Below are positions 7,193 to 16,503 of a stretch of 33,173 nt of DNA, one piece after another. A program made the translations under genes and the position numbers. Every line of letters begins with the position of its first letter. Positions within the stretch are counted from its first letter, which is position 1. This stretch comes from a virus (lineage: Duplodnaviria; Caudoviricetes). The stretch covers positions 1-33,173 of the IMG/VR virus record IMGVR_UViG_3300023176_005522. One strand, given 5' to 3'. Under the pieces are notes generated by a model, which saw nothing but the letters and a program-made list of their open reading frames with translations, had not been told where the DNA came from and ran no database searches.

Positions 7193-9113
7193 TGATTACC
7201 TTCACTAATATATCGTATTCGGCTAGATAGCAATATTCAATTTTACTTCTTGCTAGTGTACGTATAGCATCTTCAAGTGTTTCAACTAAAGGTTCGCCGC
7301 CTAAATTAAAACTTGTGTTAAAAATTATAGGACATCCTGTTTTTTCATACCAAGTTTCGATAAATTTACGGTACACAGGATTGTCTTCTTCTGTAACTGT
7401 CTGAATACGACATGTTCCATCCACATGAATAATAGCAGGAATTTTTTCTTGTACACCAGGTTGACAATCTACAGCATACATCATATGAGGAGTTTCGTCC
7501 ATACCTCGCAAGTCAAACCATTCATGCACATGTTCTTTTAGTATACTACCTGCAAAAGGTCTAAAAAATTCTCTATGTTTAACAGTGTTTACATGATCTT
7601 TACCATCTGGATCTCTTGGGTCGTACAATATACTTCTATTTCCTAATGCACGTGGACCACTTTCGCTGCGTCCTTGAAAAATAGCTACAATATTTTTATT
7701 AGCTATGAGATCAACAACTTGTTCCATTGTTGTATCAATCAGTTGAGCACCATATTTTTCTGCTACTTTTTCAATAGCGTCTTGTGTATATGTTAATTCT
7801 TCTCCTGTATATATATTTTTGGTCACATTCAACAGTTCTTTTTGTGTTGTATGCCAACCATACAGTGCTGCGCCCATTGCAATACCAGCATCACTGCTAA
7901 CAGGTTCAACATACAAGTTGATTCCATGCTCTTTCAATTTGTCCAAGTACCAATAGTTAGCAACACAGTTTAATGCATACCCGCCTGTTAAAACAATGTT
8001 GGTTTCTCCTGTAATTTCTTTGGCTTTTATAATAGCTTCGAGAACCATTTGTTGTGTATCGTTCTGGACTTGCCATGCATAATCTTTAGCTGACTGTAGT
8101 TCATATCTATTTGGATCTGGATAATCTGGATCATCATTATTACCTTCCATGTTTCGTAATTCTTTAATCATATCGAAGGTTTTTTCACTACCTAACAAAG
8201 ATAATTCTCCGCCATTCGGATATGTAGGCAACACTATATCTCTGTCTACTAGTGGCCATTCATTATATCTTTTATCTCTAAAACTTTCTATGATAGGATT
8301 ATCATTACCATATGGAGCAAGACCCATGGTTTTACCTGCTTCTATACTGTGCCAGCCTAATAAAACAGTAGTAGCTTCATATGCTTTTACAATTCCAGCA
8401 CGATCATGTACTAAAGCAACATGATGTTTTTCCGGATCTTCGTTGCGCATCCACTTAGGACCACCAGAAGAATGATCATTGGGACTTGGAAACATCCCCC
8501 CGATAACATTTTCTCTGCAACCTACGCTTTTAAACATAGTATTAATAGGATAGTTTTTATCATTTCTGTCGCAGTGATAGATAGACTCCACTTCCCATCC
8601 AACAACATCTCTATTGTAGTCCCATGCAATACCTGTTTTAACACTTAAGAAACTACCTGCGCCATCAACAACTACACAAGCTGCTGTATCAAAACCACTT
8701 TTACAAAAAGCAGTAAAAGCATGTGTTTTATGATGTTCTAAGCTCACATCAATTACCTGAGGATGACTATCAGGATTTTCTGGCTTATAATCAGATTTTT
8801 TAACAGTAGGATGAGTCTTATCTGCAATAAGTCTCATTTTACGAGCCATGCCCACATAAAGATTATCTCCACTGTATTCGATAAAAGGACTGCCTCCTGC
8901 CATTGTAGCAGGCTGAGTACCTCCTAGTATCAAATAATCAAGTTTATCTGTGTATTTTTTAATTGTTTGCATCATCATAATAGGAGAGCCGTCATACTTT
9001 TCTCTGCTATATCTTTCTTCTTCGTTGTTGTAAACAATTTCTCCGTTTTTAATCAAACACAATCCAGCGTTATGCCCTCTGTTGATTCCTGCAATCCATA
9101 CGTCTTTTGTCAT
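7164..9113 (-). CDS. O-carbamoyltransferase, NodU/CmcH/TobZ family
   Basis: GHNAG, EEERYSREKY, HHKTHA, DGAG, GKTMGLAPYG, GGYALNC, SDAG, GRSESGPRALGNRSIL, KHREFFRPFA, HVDGTCRIQTV and NTSFN are all present. Confidence 0.95.
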   Translation of the reverse strand: MTKDVWIAGINRGHNAGLCLIKNGEIVYNNEEERYSREKYDGSPIMMMQTIKKYTDKLDYLILGGTQPATMAGGSPFIEYSGDNLYVGMARKMRLIADKTHPTVKKSDYKPENPDSHPQVIDVSLEHHKTHAFTAFCKSGFDTAACVVVDGAGSFLSVKTGIAWDYNRDVVGWEVESIYHCDRNDKNYPINTMFKSVGCRENVIGGMFPSPNDHSSGGPKWMRNEDPEKHHVALVHDRAGIVKAYEATTVLLGWHSIEAGKTMGLAPYGNDNPIIESFRDKRYNEWPLVDRDIVLPTYPNGGELSLLGSEKTFDMIKELRNMEGNNDDPDYPDPNRYELQSAKDYAWQVQNDTQQMVLEAIIKAKEITGETNIVLTGGYALNCVANYWYLDKLKEHGINLYVEPVSSDAGIAMGAALYGWHTTQKELLNVTKNIYTGEELTYTQDAIEKVAEKYGAQLIDTTMEQVVDLIANKNIVAIFQGRSESGPRALGNRSILYDPRDPDGKDHVNTVKHREFFRPFAGSILKEHVHEWFDLRGMDETPHMMYAVDCQPGVQEKIPAIIHVDGTCRIQTVTEEDNPVYRKFIETWYEKTGCPIIFNTSFNLGGEPLVETLEDAIRTLARSKIEYCYLAEYDILVKVINEQETTKTD

Positions 9114-10048
9114 TTTTTAATTCCTGTGGCTTTTTTAGCAGACTTTACAATCATGTCTATACATTTGTACTTGTCTTTAAATTTTAAACAACGATCATTG
9201 TTACGTTCAATAACTTCGTCAAACCCAATTCTAATAGGACTGTACTTTCTTGTATCTTTATCAAAATCAATAATATCTACTTTAGAATCATTAACATAAC
9301 TTGTATTAATTGGGAAAGTGCTGCCAAATACAACTGTACTACTAGTTCCTAAACTTTTTGCTAAATGTTGTCCTACACTGTCGATACCGATGAAATGATC
9401 AGCATTGTTAATTATACCAGCCCATTGTCTTAGACCTATTTTTTCAGGTTGTCCTATGTTTGCCCAGTCATCTCCTGACATTTTATGTTCACTCATTAAA
9501 ATTACACCAAAGTCTTTTTTGAGTTTTTTAGTAAGTTCAATTGTATCCATTATGTCAAAACTTCGACCTCCACTGTCGTACACAAATCCTTTGTTATTAA
9601 CACTTGTTCTTCCAAAAGGTTGCAGTACAACAATTTTATCTTTGCCAGTTTTTTCTTTACCTTCTTGAACTATATGATATCCGTTGACATCTTCTTCTGT
9701 ACTCAAGTGAAAACTAGGAGCAGGCAGATCTCTTATACCTTGTTTGTTAATTTCGATATCAAATGCTTGTGCAATACTGCATTTTTGATTGTAGTATTCC
9801 CAGATTCTATAAGGTTCCAAACTTACACAATTTCTATCTTTAATTTTTTCTTCAAAAATATTAGGAAAGTCTGCTACTAAACATCTCTTATGTAAAGTTG
9901 GATGTCCTTTGAACATATCCCATCCTCCTTCGCAAATAATTACAAAGTCGTCATCTGGGTTTTCTTTTTGGTAGTTTTCAAAAGCAGGTATAGATGTAAG
10001 CATCCTGCCTGCTCCTCCGTTAACGAAGAATGCTGTATTTTTTTTCAC
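9110..10048 (-). CDS. Glycosyltransferase family 9-like (heptosyltransferase-like, GT-B fold)
   Basis: N-terminal GGAGR.L...P (GT9 G.GD-like), QPFG, and the C-terminal GT9 signature I..ADHFIGIDSVGQHLA..LG....V.FG.T. GTG start. Confidence 0.7.
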   Translation of the reverse strand: MKKNTAFFVNGGAGRMLTSIPAFENYQKENPDDDFVIICEGGWDMFKGHPTLHKRCLVADFPNIFEEKIKDRNCVSLEPYRIWEYYNQKCSIAQAFDIEINKQGIRDLPAPSFHLSTEEDVNGYHIVQEGKEKTGKDKIVVLQPFGRTSVNNKGFVYDSGGRSFDIMDTIELTKKLKKDFGVILMSEHKMSGDDWANIGQPEKIGLRQWAGIINNADHFIGIDSVGQHLAKSLGTSSTVVFGSTFPINTSYVNDSKVDIIDFDKDTRKYSPIRIGFDEVIERNNDRCLKFKDKYKCIDMIVKSAKKATGIKK

Positions 10049-10088
10049 ACGTATTGCCTTATAGTTTTTCAGTCTAATGATTTACTAT

Positions 10089-10117
10089 AATATAGTACTA
10101 TTTTAAAAGATTGTCAA
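10089..10117 (-). promoter_or_regulatory. Sigma70-type promoter for the GT9-carbamoyltransferase operon
   Basis: Minus strand TTGACA (10117-10112), 17 nt, TATATT (10094-10089), in the intergenic gap right after the upstream stop. Confidence 0.7.
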
Positions 10118-10119
10118 CC

Positions 10120-10791
10120 TTAATATGTAGATCCTCTAACTAGATCTGCAGGACCTGGATAGTCTATTTTATGTCCTGGTACTGTATAAATTAGAGTATC
10201 TCGTAGATGTTCATATATTGTACACAATTTTGTAAGGTTGTTTCTGGCAGAAGTTGACACTGATACTCTGTGCTTTTCATAATAGTCTGTTAGAATTTTT
10301 TCAATTTGATTCAATTCATATTCTGGAGTAGTCCAAGTTTCAAATCTGACCCAATTAATAGTGCCGTCTTGATTTACTGTGGTTTTTAAGCGATCAAAAG
10401 TATGATTTGTGTTGTCATCTACAGGACTTCTATACTGCATTACATATGTCGAATCATCATCAAATGTAAATGTGTGTATATCTTCTGTTTGCCAAGTTGG
10501 AGTATATCCTGCACAATTGCACAGCATATCCATTAGAATAATATGCTGTGCGTTTGTTTTTTCTAATTTTACATACACACAATTATCATCATGCGCTGGA
10601 TCTCCAAAATCTTCTACCGCCTGAGACAAATTAGCATCTGTATCTGGCATCTCAGAGATATCATAATGACCATCTTCGTGTACACAAAGAAGTATTTCAT
10701 TCGGTCCTACATAACTCCCCGTAACTGTTTTGAGATCACTGTCAGGATCTAAGTATGTTACTCTACTTTCATATGTAAATTCAGTTGCCAT
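10120..10791 (-). CDS. Hypothetical protein, possible tail-fibre assembly chaperone
   Basis: Directly follows the Cys/Gly-rich tip gene. The C-terminus Y..LRD.....P...I.YP.P resembles the YRQ.LRD.P...WP..P end of phage tail assembly chaperones. Confidence 0.45.
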   Translation of the reverse strand: MATEFTYESRVTYLDPDSDLKTVTGSYVGPNEILLCVHEDGHYDISEMPDTDANLSQAVEDFGDPAHDDNCVYVKLEKTNAQHIILMDMLCNCAGYTPTWQTEDIHTFTFDDDSTYVMQYRSPVDDNTNHTFDRLKTTVNQDGTINWVRFETWTTPEYELNQIEKILTDYYEKHRVSVSTSARNNLTKLCTIYEHLRDTLIYTVPGHKIDYPGPADLVRGSTY

Positions 10792-10802
10792 TCTTTATCT
10801 CC

Positions 10803-11765
10803 TTAGTTATCCCAACTCATTAAAATTGCACCCATTGCACCGGTTCCTCCACAGCAACATCCGCCTCCGCAGGCTCCTGCGCCAACTGCTCCGCCTCCTG
10901 GTGCTAGTCCTGAACATCCAAAGTATGCCCAGTTCCCTGTGTTGCCACATCCTTCGCTTTGGAATCCGCCTGAATAAGATGTTCCGCCGCCGCCTCTGAT
11001 ACAACTAACATTACACTGTCCGTTAAGTCGACTAAATCCGAATGTACCTTTTCTAGATGCCATGCAACTAGATGACGCATAAGTTCCGCATTTGTGCCAT
11101 CCTGAGCTACAAGTTGTGCTTGGGCTCCAATAAAAATCTTCACCGCCGCCTCCACTGCTTGTAGTTGCGCCACCCCATTGAAAAGGATTACCTTGTTGGT
11201 TATTACAAGAGTTCCAACATGTGGTAGTAGCGTTTGCCCAGCCATTTACTGTTACCCCATCACCTGCGCTATTAGCGCCGCCGCCGCCGCTGGCATTAAA
11301 ATCATAGTCAGGGCAAATATCATTCAAGTAGCTAGGTGTTCCTCCATAGTTACAGCAAGTAAAACCTGATTGTCCGCCACCTACGCACATAAAGTTGTTT
11401 GCGGTACAGTTACAAATTCTACTAAATTGACCTGGATGTCCATTTGGTTGGTCAGGACTACAACAAAAACACATGCACACACAGTTACATATTGTTTGTT
11501 CGCTTCCGCAACTCCAACCTTCATTTCTATAATATCCCCAGTCGGATCCGCTTCCGCCTCTACAACCCCATGAGCAACAACATGCGCCGCCACCGCCGCC
11601 GCCTTGACCCCATGCTTCCATAGTCCAACTAGTAGCACTAGTCGGTAAGCAGAAACAACAAGGAGTATTACAGTTCCAGTTACAACATTGACCACTTGTG
11701 CCGTGTGTAGGACGTTCCATTGTAATTGTTGTTCCGCTTGCGAAAAAATCTTTTATACTTGCCAT
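10803..11765 (-). CDS. Cys-rich, Gly-rich tail-tip/adhesin-like protein
   Basis: EAWGQGGGGGG...GG.GA.GAI..SW glycine-rich architecture shared with 18734..20374 and 29155..30129. About 36 Cys in 320 aa by manual count. Late motif and GAGG RBS upstream. Confidence 0.65.
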   Translation of the reverse strand: MASIKDFFASGTTITMERPTHGTSGQCCNWNCNTPCCFCLPTSATSWTMEAWGQGGGGGGACCCSWGCRGGSGSDWGYYRNEGWSCGSEQTICNCVCMCFCCSPDQPNGHPGQFSRICNCTANNFMCVGGGQSGFTCCNYGGTPSYLNDICPDYDFNASGGGGANSAGDGVTVNGWANATTTCWNSCNNQQGNPFQWGGATTSSGGGGEDFYWSPSTTCSSGWHKCGTYASSSCMASRKGTFGFSRLNGQCNVSCIRGGGGTSYSGGFQSEGCGNTGNWAYFGCSGLAPGGGAVGAGACGGGCCCGGTGAMGAILMSWDN

Positions 11766-11793
11766 TTTATTTCCTCAAAATGTTTATTACTTT

Positions 11794-11801
11794 TATTTAT
11801 C
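11794..11801 (-). promoter_or_regulatory. T4-like late promoter motif GATAAATA
   Basis: Intergenic, 29 nt before the ATG at 11765; resembles T4 gp55-dependent TATAAATA. Confidence 0.65.
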
Positions 11802-11804
11802 CTA

Positions 11805-14800
11805 TTAGATCAAGTTAAGTATTTGCCAGCCTCGATCTGCATCTGTATATACTAGTTCTAATGCTGTAGAATGATAGTCAATATCCATGTCGTCTTCAAT
11901 GCCTTGTATTTTGCTACCATTGCGCAAAACATGTATTGGATTGGTGTCTGCATTAGCTGTGTAATCATGTATGAATATAGCATCTCCTGCACTTGGGTTA
12001 GCAGGCAATGTAATATTAATTTCAGTAGTACTAGTATCTACTAGATATCCTGTTGACTTTACAGCTGGATTAACATCTGCTGTTACAAGTTCGAAAGCAT
12101 AATATCCGCTTGATGTTCCCCAATAAACATCTCCGTTAGCATCTGCCAACAATGATGTTCCTTCAGCACCAATCGGTAATCTCTTGTTGTTACCTGATGC
12201 ATCAACAGTCAATACATCGCCTCTGGTTGTCAGAGGTACTTTGGTATTGATTGTTGTATTAACTGTGCCAATTTCTGTATCAACATAAGTTTTAACAGCT
12301 TGTTCTGTTGGAACAGCGGTGTTGCTGTTACCACTTAGCAAGCCATCAGCACTAAATTCGTTAATGCTTTCACCTAGCTGAGCACCAATACTACCCAATC
12401 TCAAACTTGTAAGACCGCTTAGGTCAAACGCACTAGCATCCAATGTAGCACGACCTGTAGCTTGGTCAATTCTAAAGAAGTTACCTACTCTAAAGTTACC
12501 ATCTTGGTCTGTACTTGCATAATAAACACGACCTGGTAGTGTCTCTGTAACTTCGTTACCTTGTGACGCAGGCTGTGTTGGTTCACCTGGATAGTTGGTA
12601 GTTGTTCTACCGCCTGTGCCGATGCTCAGGAAGTCATGTCCTGTTAAGCGCACTTGACTGTAGTTGTATCTAATATTAAAGTGTTGTCCGTAGAAAGCTG
12701 GTGCAGTGTTTTGCTTTTCTTGACTCAATGTCAATACAGCTATACCACCAACACGAGGGTCTGAACTTGGTACATACCCACTTACTGTGGTAATAATAAA
12801 GCTGCGATCATCAACACCATAGTTAACATCATCTGTATAATCTACATTGTCTGCAGGGTTATAAGTTTGTCCACTGGTAAATTGAATACTACCACCTGCT
12901 CTTGGTTCTTCGGCTAGTCCACCTAACACCAATGAGAATCCAAACTGTCCACTGTTAGCATCTCCTGCAACGTCAGCACTTTGTCCATCTTGTGCAGTGA
13001 TTGTGCTTAAAGAAGGGAATACATAGAATGTTGGATGACCTCCAATGTGTCTTTCTTTAGCTGTAGCATTTGCTGTTTGAAGATAAAGTTGTCCGTTACC
13101 CATGTTAGTATGATTATAACAGCTCATCCACAAGTTTGGAGTTCCTGCTGCTTCGCCTGCTTGAATTTTTAATCTAACTTCTCTAGACGTTGCACCAGCA
13201 AATCCACTAACATAAGCAGCAAGGTTGCCTTGAACCACACCATCTAGATAATAGCTAACGCCTGTTGTATATTCATTTGCACCGCCATTGTCATTGGCTT
13301 GTGTTGCTAGATACATCGGATGTCCTGCATTGCTCACATCGTTTTGTTCAAAGATATACTGTCTTTCTTCATAAGCATTCATAGCTAAATCAATCCAGTT
13401 ATTGAAATAGTATCTGTTTCCTGTTCCCAGGTATTCTGGAGGACCTACGTTTACTTTGAGTGTTTGTCCTGCGACACCCAATCTGTTGTTGTTTACAACT
13501 AATCTATGGTTTACTACCAAGTTGGTTTGAATATTTGCAATATCTGCTTCTGGTTGATCTGCTACAATAATATCACATGCTGTCATTGTAGTACCGTTTA
13601 GAATTCTTGTTGCACTACCTCCACTTGTGTACGCACCATAGCCTGTACCGTCTACGCTGGACGTAAGTCCTGCATCGTTGTAAAGTTCTAGTGTAGTGGC
13701 TGTAACATTGGCAGCATAATAATCATTGCCGTTGAGTTCTACCATACCTCCAACACCAGTTACTGCTTGAACAAGTTGACCGTTACTATATCCATGTCCT
13801 GCTCCAAAAGTTAAAATAACTGGATTACTACGTGTAGCGTCAGTGATGTTTTCTGTTACAAATCCCCAACCTGCTTCTGACCTTGTATCAAAATAGTTGG
13901 TCAAATCATAGTTCGTACACAGTTTAAATGTGTCAGCACCAGTAACATCTGCGTACCAGGTACGCTTGTCTCCAGCAGTGAAATCACCTAGCAATGCTGC
14001 CCATGCTGGCTCATTAACATTATCAAATGTTACCTTGTCACCTTCACTTAAACCATGAGGAGCGGCTGTGGTAATAAATGCTTGTTGTGAAATACTGATG
14101 CTACTTGCTACTCTGTTACCAGTTTTTGCAGCGCCTGTGATAGTATCACCAACTGTAAATCCTTCACTGGTTGCTAGTGTAGCTGGATCATATGTGATTG
14201 TATCACCATACATATATCCATTTACAGGAACCTCTGTTGTGTCAAAACCTGTACTAATACATCCGTAAGTACCATAACTGTTGTTACCGTTCAATGAACG
14301 TATTTTGCCGCCGCCGCTTGCTACGTATCCCATGTCACAGTAGTAAGTAAAGCAGGACACAATCTCGCTCAAACCGTTGTCTTTGATCCAAAAACCAATG
14401 CCGCCATCATGCACTTGTGTAAATGTGTGGAATACCATTGATCCTGGGTTGGCAGGGTTACCTGTAACACTACCGTCAACAATAGCACCAACACCACCAG
14501 TACTAAATGCACTTGATTCTTTGATATACGGAGATTTAGCAATAACTGCATTTGGTTCTAGTCTAAAATATACACCTTTGACTGTTGCATCTTCTGGATC
14601 TGTAGGTGTTGTTGTACCTAGTTGGAAACCTGTTAATCCTCTACAAAGAATACCTTCAATCATTGTACCACTGTTCACAAAGAACATTGTAGTTTCAGCG
14701 TTTGGTGTTACGCCATCATCACTGATACCAACACCAAAGCCATTGTCATTTACTGTATCTGGTTCGATAATACAGTTACGTTGTCCGTCACCAACAATAG

Positions 14801-16199
14801 TTGTGTTTACAGGAATATGAATTGGAAGTTGCTCTAAATATGTACCATCTTTAATAAAGATAGTAGCTGGTGTTCTGTTGTTCACATCAGCATTAATGTA
14901 ATCACAAGCATATCTCAAACTAGCAAACGCATAGTCAATTGCTTGTCCGTGATTTACATCATCTGCACTACTGGTTGGATCTTCTGAAACATAATAAATT
15001 TTATCGTTAGCACCACTGAACTCCCAACTGTAGTTTACACCATCTGGAGTTTGTAGATACTTACCAGCATTGCCTGCTGTGTTTGGAAGCACGTAACTAG
15101 CACCAACAACGAAACTATCCCATAAACCGTTTCCGTTGTCAATAAAGAAGTCACTACCTGCGGTATGGTCTTGTGTCGCAATGTATGTACTAACACTTTC
15201 ACTAACAATATCATCTTTAAGGTATGTTGTGCCGCTGACCCAACTACCCATGTAGCGAACACCGCTGTTAAACTTTTGCCATTTTGGTGGCGGTCCGGCT
15301 AAATCTGTATCAAATACACCAGCTGTATGACTGATCAAACACTGATATGTATTACCGCCATGATTTACTAGATCATTTATAGCATAATAAGTAGCTGTTG
15401 TCCAAGTTCCTCTTGAGTTAACACCTGTTTGTACAATTTCCCAAGTTCCTGGATTTAAATCAGGCGCTAAGTTTGTGTTGTCTGACAAAGCACGATATGT
15501 GTTGCCTCCGTAGCGAACCGTTTGCCCAACTCTATAATTGTTTACACTTTGCCATTCGCCTTGGTAGTCAATACCTACATTGTATAATTCAAAATATGTT
15601 GGATCTGTTGGCAAATTACCTGTTGATTCTGCTGTACAACGATAGATATTAGCACCGTATGCTACTAAGTCTCCGGGTACATACGCTGTAGCTGCATTAT
15701 ACACACCTTCTGCACTAATACCACTTACAAATTGTTCCCAGTAAGTTATTTGTGTAGGAAGATTACCCGAAGTATCTTGTTTAGCAATATAAACCTGTGC
15801 ACCATATTTGACAATATCATTTGCTTGATATAGTCTAGCTGGATCGAATTCGCCTTCCCACTGAATACCATCTGCAAATTGACTCCAGTAAGTAGGATTT
15901 GGTGGAGTTTGACCTTGGCTGTCTGCTATTGCAATATATACAACACCACCGTGTGCGACACCGTCGCCTACTCTATACTGTGTATTTGTATCCCATTCTT
16001 CTCTAAATTTAAAACCTTCTACCATCAGGGCCCAATAAGCTGGGTCAGTTGGGAGGTTTCCTGATGTTCTTACTACATTGCTGTAGACATACACGTTACC
16101 ACCATACTTTACGATATCATTTATCTCGTATTCAGTGGCTACACTCCAGTCTCCTGCAAAGTGAAATCTTAATTTACCAAGGTCTATAATTGTTGCCAT
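11805..16199 (-). CDS. Large virion structural/tail-fibre protein (CBM-like repeats, beta-helix-like region, cupredoxin-like motif, C-terminal fibre module)
   Basis: Seven N-terminal repeats, IFIKDGTY.E.LP...IVGDG.R (pectin-lyase-like start), SPYI, FTQ, E.VSCFTYYC, GHDFLSIGTG, STDQDGNFRVG and AVPTEQAVKTYVD are motifs seen in large myovirus structural proteins. Confidence 0.75.
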   Translation of the reverse strand: MATIIDLGKLRFHFAGDWSVATEYEINDIVKYGGNVYVYSNVVRTSGNLPTDPAYWALMVEGFKFREEWDTNTQYRVGDGVAHGGVVYIAIADSQGQTPPNPTYWSQFADGIQWEGEFDPARLYQANDIVKYGAQVYIAKQDTSGNLPTQITYWEQFVSGISAEGVYNAATAYVPGDLVAYGANIYRCTAESTGNLPTDPTYFELYNVGIDYQGEWQSVNNYRVGQTVRYGGNTYRALSDNTNLAPDLNPGTWEIVQTGVNSRGTWTTATYYAINDLVNHGGNTYQCLISHTAGVFDTDLAGPPPKWQKFNSGVRYMGSWVSGTTYLKDDIVSESVSTYIATQDHTAGSDFFIDNGNGLWDSFVVGASYVLPNTAGNAGKYLQTPDGVNYSWEFSGANDKIYYVSEDPTSSADDVNHGQAIDYAFASLRYACDYINADVNNRTPATIFIKDGTYLEQLPIHIPVNTTIVGDGQRNCIIEPDTVNDNGFGVGISDDGVTPNAETTMFFVNSGTMIEGILCRGLTGFQLGTTTPTDPEDATVKGVYFRLEPNAVIAKSPYIKESSAFSTGGVGAIVDGSVTGNPANPGSMVFHTFTQVHDGGIGFWIKDNGLSEIVSCFTYYCDMGYVASGGGKIRSLNGNNSYGTYGCISTGFDTTEVPVNGYMYGDTITYDPATLATSEGFTVGDTITGAAKTGNRVASSISISQQAFITTAAPHGLSEGDKVTFDNVNEPAWAALLGDFTAGDKRTWYADVTGADTFKLCTNYDLTNYFDTRSEAGWGFVTENITDATRSNPVILTFGAGHGYSNGQLVQAVTGVGGMVELNGNDYYAANVTATTLELYNDAGLTSSVDGTGYGAYTSGGSATRILNGTTMTACDIIVADQPEADIANIQTNLVVNHRLVVNNNRLGVAGQTLKVNVGPPEYLGTGNRYYFNNWIDLAMNAYEERQYIFEQNDVSNAGHPMYLATQANDNGGANEYTTGVSYYLDGVVQGNLAAYVSGFAGATSREVRLKIQAGEAAGTPNLWMSCYNHTNMGNGQLYLQTANATAKERHIGGHPTFYVFPSLSTITAQDGQSADVAGDANSGQFGFSLVLGGLAEEPRAGGSIQFTSGQTYNPADNVDYTDDVNYGVDDRSFIITTVSGYVPSSDPRVGGIAVLTLSQEKQNTAPAFYGQHFNIRYNYSQVRLTGHDFLSIGTGGRTTTNYPGEPTQPASQGNEVTETLPGRVYYASTDQDGNFRVGNFFRIDQATGRATLDASAFDLSGLTSLRLGSIGAQLGESINEFSADGLLSGNSNTAVPTEQAVKTYVDTEIGTVNTTINTKVPLTTRGDVLTVDASGNNKRLPIGAEGTSLLADANGDVYWGTSSGYYAFELVTADVNPAVKSTGYLVDTSTTEINITLPANPSAGDAIFIHDYTANADTNPIHVLRNGSKIQGIEDDMDIDYHSTALELVYTDADRGWQILNLI
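15105..16172 (-). repeat. Seven ~49-aa protein repeats (G...G.W.....Y...D.V.YGG..Y......W), CBM5/12-like
   Basis: Visible in the translation of the 1464-aa ORF, residues ~10-365; boundaries approximate. Confidence 0.75.
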
Positions 16200-16227
16200 C
16201 TCTCGATCCTATTTTAATGTGTACTAC

Positions 16228-16235
16228 TATTTATG
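16228..16235 (-). promoter_or_regulatory. Late promoter motif CATAAATA
   Basis: 29 nt before the ATG at 16199; overlaps the upstream TAA stop. Confidence 0.6.
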
Positions 16236-16503
16236 ACAAAAACTTCATTTGTAAATGTCCAGTTGAGTGATTGAATTCAAACTCTATCGTGTCTATGCTC
16301 CAAAAATGTTGTTTGTAATCATCGCCACCGATATTATCTGGTTGTGGTAACATAATAGGATCACTGTCATCAGCTCTAATAATTTCTACGGTACAATCTC
16401 CTGTTGCTGGATCTAATTTAAATCCATAGAAAGTTTTATCGCCTAATTGTGTTCCTTCGTATATACCACCTGTACTGTCTGTTCTATTTACATTAGTTGT
16501 CAT
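16231..16503 (-). CDS. Hypothetical protein (structural cluster)
   Basis: 90-aa ORF coupled by an ATGA overlap to the upstream gene. Confidence 0.7.
   Translation of the reverse strand: MTTNVNRTDSTGGIYEGTQLGDKTFYGFKLDPATGDCTVEIIRADDSDPIMLPQPDNIGGDDYKQHFWSIDTIEFEFNHSTGHLQMKFLS

Noticed and set aside
3009-10048. Bacterial chromosomal LPS locus
   Set aside because: It is flanked by gp15-like and tail genes with T4-like late motifs, genes are tightly overlapped, and no cellular housekeeping genes are present. A phage origin fits better.
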